From IMG/VR virus record IMGVR_UViG_3300011102_000153, positions 1 through 26,006 of that record: a stretch of DNA of 26,006 nucleotides; one strand, written 5' to 3'. This stretch comes from a virus. Its lineage: Duplodnaviria > Caudoviricetes. This document shows positions 19,073 to 26,006 of the stretch, in pieces (position 1 is the stretch's first letter; the number at the start of each line of letters is the position of its first letter). Both the position numbers and the translations under genes were made by a program. The notes under the pieces are model-generated. The model saw only the letters and a program-made list of their open reading frames with translations, was not told the origin of the DNA and did no database searches.

Positions 19073-19891
19073 ATGGCTATTAGAACAGGATATAAAGGAT
19101 GGAGTACTCTCGAAGAGTACGATACTTATCACGGGACAGCTACCGGAGTAACGAAGCCGAATGTTCCGTCAGACCCCGATTACGTGGCGCCTGTATGGGA
19201 TCCGGCAACATGCCAACCGCAGACACTATTCAAATTAAGTAATGTTGATACGGACCATGATGATGTATACAGGTTATTTGTGGATGTTGATTTGGCAATG
19301 TCGGTTGACGGAGCGCCTGTTGTATACCTAACCGATGTGGAAGAAACAACGTATATAGTTGATCAGGGAAGCACCGTTCTTATAAGGCAGCTATCAAACC
19401 CGAACAGTAATCCATGGCCACCAAACTCTACAGGAATTCTTGAAATAAAAGATCAGGACGGTAACACTGTTTATTCAAATTCTGAAACAGTTCAGGCACT
19501 TGAATTGGCAAGTTACACATTTATGCCTACAGGGGGTGTTTATACGGTAACATCCATTGGATATTCCACCGCAACAGGATACAGGAAGTATGTGAGCACA
19601 AACACGGTTCCAGGAGATGTTGACCCGGCAGAGGTTTCCGTGGCTATATATGACGACACAACAAGTAATCTTGTGTGTGTAACAGGACAGGGAACTGGGA
19701 GTTCTGAATTCAATGTCATTGATGATTCAGGCAACTGTAACATTGAATTCAACAACGAAACATCGGGCAGCCTCGATTTCAGTATATCATGGACAGGGGG
19801 TAGTGATTCGTTCACGATAGCCTCCAATGGTTCTCATATACTTAATAATGTGCCAAAATCCAATTACACAATAATTGTAACTCATACATAA
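19073..19891 (+). CDS. Beta-rich tail accessory/decoration protein
   Basis: T/S/V/N-rich; N-terminal TGVTKPNVPSDPDYVAPVWDPATC motif; ATG at 19073 follows the nozzle stop. Confidence 0.6.
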   Translation: MAIRTGYKGWSTLEEYDTYHGTATGVTKPNVPSDPDYVAPVWDPATCQPQTLFKLSNVDTDHDDVYRLFVDVDLAMSVDGAPVVYLTDVEETTYIVDQGSTVLIRQLSNPNSNPWPPNSTGILEIKDQDGNTVYSNSETVQALELASYTFMPTGGVYTVTSIGYSTATGYRKYVSTNTVPGDVDPAEVSVAIYDDTTSNLVCVTGQGTGSSEFNVIDDSGNCNIEFNNETSGSLDFSISWTGGSDSFTIASNGSHILNNVPKSNYTIIVTHT

Positions 19892-20784
19892 TGGGGACGT
19901 ATACGACACTTACTGACCAGCCCATAGACATCCATCTTAATGATGACTGGTACGACAACGGCTGGTCTATTTCAGAAGGCATGGCAACCCATGTGTCCTG
20001 CAACGAGGGTACGATAAAGAACAGTACCATGCCTACGGAAGCAGGAGAAGAGTACAAGGTAAGGTTCGTTGTATCGGGTTATTCTTCCGGTTCGGTCATG
20101 CCTATCATAGGCGGTACAAACGGAACGCCTGTAACCGCCAATGGTACTTATGAGCAGACCATAACCGCTGCCGACTCATCCGGATTGAAGTTCTGGTCAG
20201 ACGGTGATTTGACCATAGCACTAATAAGGGTATCCCTCGGCGAGGTGCCTGCCACGACATTCTCTTTCAATAAGGACAACCTCAAATGGACATCTTATTG
20301 GTCTTACGCCCCTGAAATGGCGGCAAGGTTCCTTGATGGGTATTTCCTGTGGAAAGACGGGGTGTTGTGGAAAGCCAACGAGAATGAACTCAGGAACAAT
20401 TTCTTCGGTGAGCAATATTCATCCATCATCGAGTTTTATGTTAACATCAACCCCAACATGGTCAAGACTTTTTATTCCATAAGGGAGGTCGGGACACACG
20501 CATGGGAGGTTTCCGATGTTTACATAAGACCAAGGGCAGGCAAGAAATCAGGGCAGCGATCCCGTATACGTAAGAACAGGTTCCGGCAATTGCAGGGTGC
20601 TTTCTTTGCCGATTTCCTTAGAAACATAGATGATCCTAGGTTCGATGATCCAAACATCGCATTGTTCAAGGGAGCGGTATTGCAGGGAGAAGTCGCTAAG
20701 ATTACACTTGAAATAAACGAGACGGAAGAGGTGAGGTTGGTTAGCGTGGATGTGCTTGGCTCAGTGAGCGAATATTCTTATTAG
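19891..20784 (+). CDS. CBM-like beta-sandwich fused to the C-terminal portion of the nozzle protein
   Basis: First ~120 aa look like a jelly-roll (GWSISEGMATH..GEEYKVRFVVSGYSSGSV..ANGTYEQTITA); the remainder has TFSF..KWTSYWSYAPE..WKDGVLW..RNNFFGEQYSS, recalled as the usual nozzle C-terminus. Confidence 0.68.
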   Translation: MGTYTTLTDQPIDIHLNDDWYDNGWSISEGMATHVSCNEGTIKNSTMPTEAGEEYKVRFVVSGYSSGSVMPIIGGTNGTPVTANGTYEQTITAADSSGLKFWSDGDLTIALIRVSLGEVPATTFSFNKDNLKWTSYWSYAPEMAARFLDGYFLWKDGVLWKANENELRNNFFGEQYSSIIEFYVNINPNMVKTFYSIREVGTHAWEVSDVYIRPRAGKKSGQRSRIRKNRFRQLQGAFFADFLRNIDDPRFDDPNIALFKGAVLQGEVAKITLEINETEEVRLVSVDVLGSVSEYSY

Positions 20785-20796
20785 AAGTAAAAAAAC

Positions 20797-20804
20797 TATC
20801 TTTG
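20797..20804 (+). promoter_or_regulatory. -7 promoter element (leaderless or near-leaderless cupin mRNA)
   Basis: TATCTTTG ends 4 nt before the ATG at 20809. Confidence 0.55.
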
Positions 20805-20808
20805 TGTC

Positions 20809-21303
20809 ATGGGCGAAATGATACATCCATTGGACAGGGCTTTTTCAACTGATTTCAAATCAGTGGATGAGGCCCTTGACTTTTTAGAGTTGAAGATGTC
20901 CGAGCTTCCCGAGCAGATGATAGACTGCCCGCTGGATCATACATTCACGCCCGGACTGTACTGCCGTACCATATACATGCCTAAAGGCAGCCTTATAGTT
21001 AGCAGGGTGCACAACACGATGCATCAGTTCATCATATCAAGGGGTTCTGCAATGGTGTTCACGGAAGGTAAGGGATGGGAATTATTGGAAGCTGGATTAC
21101 ATGGCATAACGGTTCCTGGCGCGCGCAGACTACTTTACATAACAGAGGATTGCGTTTGGAGTACCTTCCATCCGTTGGAGTATGTAAAAGGCACCGAGAA
21201 CCTTGATAAGGAGGCAGAGAAAGCAACGGTTGAATTCATAGAGAACGATATTTTACAGCCCGAGAGGGTAAAACATAAAAGAATATGTCATTCGCAGCAA
21301 TAA
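20809..21303 (+). CDS. Cupin-fold protein
   Basis: HTFTPGLYCRTIYMPKGSLIVSRVHNTMHQFIISRG (HxxxH) and VPGARRLLYITEDCVWSTFH fit a double-stranded beta-helix. Confidence 0.7.
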   Translation: MGEMIHPLDRAFSTDFKSVDEALDFLELKMSELPEQMIDCPLDHTFTPGLYCRTIYMPKGSLIVSRVHNTMHQFIISRGSAMVFTEGKGWELLEAGLHGITVPGARRLLYITEDCVWSTFHPLEYVKGTENLDKEAEKATVEFIENDILQPERVKHKRICHSQQ

Positions 21304-22112
21304 GTTTAGGGGTTGGCGCTGCCGCAGCAATAGGATCGGTAGCTGTTCAGGCCAGTGCCGCCAAGAAGCAGAGAAGATTGGCCGAGCAGATTAATCCTGT
21401 AGACCCCGGTCCGAACACCGCCTTGCAGGATAATGCCCGTATGTTGCAGGAGAGGTACGGGAATTACGAGATGCCGGGTTTCGATGCGGCACGTGCTGAT
21501 ATAAACCAAGCGGGCCAATATGCTTTCGATAACGCGGTTCAGGGGGCTACCTCATCGGGTGATGTGCTTGACGCGGCTTCACGTATCGCTTATGGGACGC
21601 AGCGGTCCATGTCCGATCTCTATAGGCAGAACGCAGCAGGGAAGGAACAGGCTTTGATGCAATACCTTTCGGCTAATGCCGCCGCAGGCACCGACGCCAC
21701 CAATTGGAAAAGGCAGGAGTACCTTAACGACGTTAACAGAAGGGCACAATTGACCAACGCAGCGGAGCTAAACCGCATGAATGCCATCCAGTCGGGATTG
21801 GGAGCCGTGGGTTCATTATCTGCCTATGCGGCGGGAATGTTCGAGAATAGGGGTCTTCAAAGCGGAGGGTACAGAGGTGTACAGGGACCGAATGCCACGC
21901 CCGGAACGACTGGTTACATCGGAACGGTAAGGCCCGGGGCGGAGGTGGAAAGGGCCCCTATACAGCCTGTAGCCACGGTTCCGTTCACCCCGTCCACCTC
22001 AACTACGCAGTTACCGAAAAGAACATTGTCTGGCAAGCCCTATATCGACCCTGCGATGTATATGAAAATAACAGGGCAAACGGTTCAACCCAATTACACG
22101 CTACCTTACTGA
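21285..22112 (+). CDS. Putative ejection (pilot) protein 1
   Basis: G/A-rich hydrophobic N-terminus followed by a basic helix (MSFAAISLGVGAAAAIGSVAVQASAAKKQRR), A/Q-rich body and a second G/A-rich hydrophobic segment; position as for P22 gp7 or T7 gp14. Confidence 0.72.
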   Translation: MSFAAISLGVGAAAAIGSVAVQASAAKKQRRLAEQINPVDPGPNTALQDNARMLQERYGNYEMPGFDAARADINQAGQYAFDNAVQGATSSGDVLDAASRIAYGTQRSMSDLYRQNAAGKEQALMQYLSANAAAGTDATNWKRQEYLNDVNRRAQLTNAAELNRMNAIQSGLGAVGSLSAYAAGMFENRGLQSGGYRGVQGPNATPGTTGYIGTVRPGAEVERAPIQPVATVPFTPSTSTTQLPKRTLSGKPYIDPAMYMKITGQTVQPNYTLPY

Positions 22113-22113
22113 A

Positions 22114-23715
22114 ATGGCCAAGCAAAGGATACTTAACCCAAATATGTTCATCCCGCAGATGCCTAATATACGACAAGCATCGAGGGGATACGCCATGCCT
22201 GCCGAGGGCGCTGTAGTGTACGGTGACATGCCTGCCCTGCAAGCATTGCCCGTGGGAATACAGAACGTAGCCAATGCAAGATTGGCTAACCAGCAACAAC
22301 AGCAGGCGGAGGCACAGCGATTGGCGCAGATGTGGCGTGATAACGAACTTGAAGCCGCTGATGGGCAGTTGTGGTCAAACCAATTGGGGGCGATAGAGCA
22401 GAAGCACATACAGGAAGGACAGCAGTTGATGCAGGAGGGCATAAACCCCTATGAAAGCATGGACCCAAGGGCTGTTAAATACCGGAGGGAACGCAGGAAT
22501 ATAGAAGGATTACGAGCTTATCGGGGGGCTATAGAAAAAAGCTATGTTGGTTTGATGCAGGAAATGAGGAAAAATCCTGACAAGTACGATCCGGAAAGTG
22601 TAAAGGCGTTACAGGATTGGGTAGCTCAGGGGAATGTAGAGGATTATTACCGGTCGGGGGCTCAACTACCGGGATTGCAGGCAAGGTTCGACATCAACGA
22701 TGCGCTCAAAGGGTTTACGGCTCCGGTAACACGTAATGTGGTCACAGAGGGCAACAGGAAAATAGAGGAAATAGCTATTGACCGGCCTGCCGCAGAGAGA
22801 GCCATAATCGGACGCATCATGTCATCACCTGGTGGTATGAGGCAATTGGAAAGGATTACCGGAGGACTTCCGGTACAGGATGTGCTTAGCGCTCCCGACA
22901 CACTGGAAGCCAATATAGCCATGTATGATGCTTTGTATGAAGGCGACCCCCAATTCCGCGCAGCGCTCGCTTCTCAGGGCATTAATTCACAGGATGACCC
23001 AAGATACCGGCAGGTGGTAGAAAATGCCGCACAGAGGCGCGTACAGGCCAAGCAGGCCCTCAATCAACAGATGGACAACTGGATTTCCATGAGTTCGTCT
23101 GGATTGAAGTTGGGGAGAAGCGAAACACCCGACTTTACGGCTGCTAATTATAGGGAAAGGGTACTAAGCAGGCAACTGGCCGAAAGAAGGGAAGCGAGGC
23201 TTGCTGCGGGTGAAAGCCCGTCACAGGTTGCGGAGGAACCGGTGGATTTGATGATACCATACGGACCTTATAATCCGGATGGCAACCAACCGCAGGTACA
23301 GGCACGTAACTATATCCCGATGTCCGTTCCAAACAGGAATTTCGTGGGGTCTGATGCCATTGATTTGTATACAGGAAGACCGACACAGATAGGCGAGTCA
23401 TCAACAGATTATTCAATTGTCGGTGTAGCCCAGGTGCCAGTGGCAAAAAACCCACTTACAGGGGGTATCCCGAAAGGATCGCTGGTACAGCCCGAATTTG
23501 CTTCCGCTAATCCCAACAGCGTGGAATGGAAAGAAGTTGTACACGTGACGAAAGGCGATGGTGAGGATTATTTCGTGGATATAAACCGTCTACCAAAGAA
23601 TCTTACAAAAGACCAAAAAGCATTGGTTGATAGGTTCAAGCAGGCCGCAGGCAGTAGCAACACATCAGGATCACAATTAAGCGCAGAGGAATTAATCAGA
23701 AAATACAGTCAGTAA
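22114..23715 (+). CDS. Putative ejection/internal virion protein 2
   Basis: 533 aa, Q/A/R-rich and helical; lies between the pilot gene and the largest ejection gene. Confidence 0.62.
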   Translation: MAKQRILNPNMFIPQMPNIRQASRGYAMPAEGAVVYGDMPALQALPVGIQNVANARLANQQQQQAEAQRLAQMWRDNELEAADGQLWSNQLGAIEQKHIQEGQQLMQEGINPYESMDPRAVKYRRERRNIEGLRAYRGAIEKSYVGLMQEMRKNPDKYDPESVKALQDWVAQGNVEDYYRSGAQLPGLQARFDINDALKGFTAPVTRNVVTEGNRKIEEIAIDRPAAERAIIGRIMSSPGGMRQLERITGGLPVQDVLSAPDTLEANIAMYDALYEGDPQFRAALASQGINSQDDPRYRQVVENAAQRRVQAKQALNQQMDNWISMSSSGLKLGRSETPDFTAANYRERVLSRQLAERREARLAAGESPSQVAEEPVDLMIPYGPYNPDGNQPQVQARNYIPMSVPNRNFVGSDAIDLYTGRPTQIGESSTDYSIVGVAQVPVAKNPLTGGIPKGSLVQPEFASANPNSVEWKEVVHVTKGDGEDYFVDINRLPKNLTKDQKALVDRFKQAAGSSNTSGSQLSAEELIRKYSQ

Positions 23716-26006
23716 TGGACGAGGAACTGAAAGGTATAGTACAACGGATGATTGATGCCGGAGAACCCGAAGCGAATATCGCTAAGGTTATCCAATCGTG
23801 GAACAGTCAAAAAAAAACTTCAAACCAAAACGAAGTTTCTGGTCAAGATTCATCGAGTGGTGCTCAAACATCTACAGCGCCTTTACGCAATTTCCAAGCG
23901 CCTGATGTTCCCGACATAAATGTCGGAGACATAGGGTCATCTCTCAGGAAACCAGCTACATTCGGCGATATAACACAGGCCGCTGACCAAAGATTGTCTG
24001 AACAGGAAGCCGCGCAGGCAAACGTACAGCAGCAGATGCCTTATTTGCAGGAAGACCCCACGCAGGGATTAATTCCGTCACCTATTGCTCCCGAAGCCCG
24101 TCAGGAATACGTTCAGAACACACTGATACCCCAGATGGAGGAAAGGGAACGACAGGTTCAGGATTTCAACCGAAATCTACAGAACATACGGGAACAGAAC
24201 CGTGCTGCCGGATACTTTACCGATCAGGATAGGATTAAGTTCAGGGAGCAGGCTATTGAGCGCATACAGAACGACATGGCTACCCAATCAAAGAATGCGG
24301 GATTCCTATCGCGAAACATAATCCAGCCTGCCAGTAATTTTGCACAGGGATTCACTCAGGGAGTAGCCAATATAGGCACGGGTATAATAGGGCTCCCGGA
24401 ATTCGCCAATGACATAGTGGCGAGCGCCATGAATGGAATCATAGAATTGGCAGGGGGGCCGGAGGGCGCTGTTCCGACGTGGGACGAAACGTATGGCAAC
24501 ACACCGCTTGATCAAATCAACTCTTTTGTATCGGAGGCAACCCAAAGGCAGCGAGATTTGCTTGAAAAGAAATATGGAGAGGGTGGTACTTGGGAGCAGG
24601 TTAAGAAAGGCAATATAAACGGAGCGATAAATCTTATAGCCAACGGGGTTGGTGAAACTGCTCCTATAATGGCCCTGTATGCTATGACCGGAGGCGCGGG
24701 GGCAGGCGCTCAGGTAGCAGGAGGAACTGCATTATTCGGATCTCAGACTTATCAGGATTTGGGAGAAAGTGATGTCCCTACCGAACTTAAACTGGCCAAC
24801 TCGTTAGTAGGCGGATTAGCAGAAGGTTTCTTCGAGACAGTTGGCACGGGGTGGCTATTCAACACGGCCCGAAAGGTATTGAGAACGGCAGGCAAGGAAC
24901 AAGCTGAATCATTCCTGAAAGACAGCATAGAAAAAACTCTGAAACGAGCCTATGAAAAGTATTATGTGGTAACCGCACCTGCCGGAGAGATATTGACCGA
25001 AGGGGCAACATTGATCACTCAGAACTTCATGGACCAGATTACCGGTGTTGACCCCGAACGGGGTTTGCTGGATGGATGGCAGGACACGGCTATACTCGCT
25101 GCCGCAGCATCGGCTCCTATATCAACCCCTACCGCCGCAATACGTTCCATTAGGGATAAGAAAGCACGTAAAGAGGCAGAGGGGCTGTTGGAATACAATA
25201 ATGGCATCATAGAAGCGCTACAGAGTGAAGACGTGAATGTGGAAGAGAAAGCCGCGCTGTTTGAGCGTTACCAGAACAATACCCAGAAAATAAACCAATA
25301 TCTGGACCAAGAGCAGGAGTGGAGGGGTAAACTTACGGACAGACAGCGCGCGATGGTTGAAGAGATTGAGCAGCGGCAATCTGAGATAGAGACCCTGATG
25401 CAGAACGAATCATTGCCCGATGCGGCACGAGCCGGTCTTGAACAGGAACAGAAAGACTTGGATGCGCAGATGGATGGACTTGTGGAAGAAACCCAGAGAA
25501 CAGTTGACTCATCTGATTTTTCTCCCGAAACACAGGACAGAATACGCGACATGACAGCCCGTATTGATGAAATTAATACGGAGATACGCAGGATGCGAAA
25601 CGAGGGGACGTTGACACCCGATGTGGAAGCACCGTTGGTATTGGAACGAAGACGTATTCAGGATGAGATAAACGAATTGGAGCCCGATGCACAGACTGAA
25701 ACAACCGTAGAAACACCCACTGATGAAACGATTACTGAAACTGTTGAAGAAACTCCTACCGAACCCGTGGAAGCAGCGGATACGGCAGCGGAAGCAGTGG
25801 TAGAAGAAACCGGTATCGAAGAGCAAGTCGCAGAACCCCCTGTTCAAACAGGTCCAGAGGAAGGAAACACAATATCATTACCACCACGTGTAGAGGGAGG
25901 CCCGAATCAGAACTTTGAATTCAATGAGGGAGAATGGAAACAACGAGTTGGAAGGGAATTGGTTGAGATAAGCCCATCACAACAAACACGTGTTAATGAT
26001 GAGTTT
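23715..26006 (+). CDS. Large internal virion/ejection protein 3 (truncated by the window; not in the ORF track)
   Basis: ATG overlaps the preceding TAA; open for 764 codons to the window end (MDEELKGIVQRMIDAGEPEANIAKVI...). Contains G/A-rich hydrophobic helices (APIMALYAMTGGAGAGAQVAGGTALFG, GGLAEGFFE, EILTEGAT), a coiled-coil and an E/T/P-rich linker. Confidence 0.8.
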   Translation, partial: MDEELKGIVQRMIDAGEPEANIAKVIQSWNSQKKTSNQNEVSGQDSSSGAQTSTAPLRNFQAPDVPDINVGDIGSSLRKPATFGDITQAADQRLSEQEAAQANVQQQMPYLQEDPTQGLIPSPIAPEARQEYVQNTLIPQMEERERQVQDFNRNLQNIREQNRAAGYFTDQDRIKFREQAIERIQNDMATQSKNAGFLSRNIIQPASNFAQGFTQGVANIGTGIIGLPEFANDIVASAMNGIIELAGGPEGAVPTWDETYGNTPLDQINSFVSEATQRQRDLLEKKYGEGGTWEQVKKGNINGAINLIANGVGETAPIMALYAMTGGAGAGAQVAGGTALFGSQTYQDLGESDVPTELKLANSLVGGLAEGFFETVGTGWLFNTARKVLRTAGKEQAESFLKDSIEKTLKRAYEKYYVVTAPAGEILTEGATLITQNFMDQITGVDPERGLLDGWQDTAILAAAASAPISTPTAAIRSIRDKKARKEAEGLLEYNNGIIEALQSEDVNVEEKAALFERYQNNTQKINQYLDQEQEWRGKLTDRQRAMVEEIEQRQSEIETLMQNESLPDAARAGLEQEQKDLDAQMDGLVEETQRTVDSSDFSPETQDRIRDMTARIDEINTEIRRMRNEGTLTPDVEAPLVLERRRIQDEINELEPDAQTETTVETPTDETITETVEETPTEPVEAADTAAEAVVEETGIEEQVAEPPVQTGPEEGNTISLPPRVEGGPNQNFEFNEGEWKQRVGRELVEISPSQQTRVNDEF

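Noticed and set aside
15222-20784. Diversity-generating retroelement target in the tail genes
   Set aside because: No reverse transcriptase and no adenine-variant repeat pair were seen in the window.
116-25847. Numerous minus-strand and short overlapping ORFs in the track
   Set aside because: They are shadows of + strand genes with no recognisable motifs or expression signals.
1-26006. Stop-codon reassignment as seen in some crAss-like phages
   Set aside because: Long genes are intact in the standard code, and TAG, TGA and TAA all end genes at tight junctions.
1-26006. CRISPR arrays, tRNA genes, IS elements, inteins
   Set aside because: No regularly spaced repeats, cloverleafs, transposases or intein terminal motifs were recognised by eye; short elements could have been missed.

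Overview
The window is the virion-assembly module of a tailed podovirus-type phage, most likely infecting Bacteroidota and with a crAss-like / Cellulophaga phi14:2-like gene layout. All genes are on the + strand and use the standard genetic code. Gene order: tandem GroES-like protein, possible terminase small subunit, terminase large subunit, portal, scaffold, major capsid protein, an unlisted 58-aa ribbon-helix-helix-like gene, a conserved post-capsid gene, five tail ring-type genes (A-B-A'-B'-C) interrupted by an AT-rich NUMOD4-HNH homing endonuclease, a tail nozzle gene that appears split around accessory domains, a cupin, and three ejection/cargo genes, the last running off the window and absent from the ORF track. 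The host inference rests on repeated TAnnTTTG (Bacteroidota -7) promoter motifs and no obvious Shine-Dalgarno sequences. The best leads are (1) an A9 slippery run in the largest ejection gene whose -1 frame encodes a basic amphipathic helix, (2) a long pseudoknot or switch-like RNA leader ahead of the HNH gene, and (3) the split nozzle. All protein calls come from motifs and synteny recognised by eye; no database search was run.
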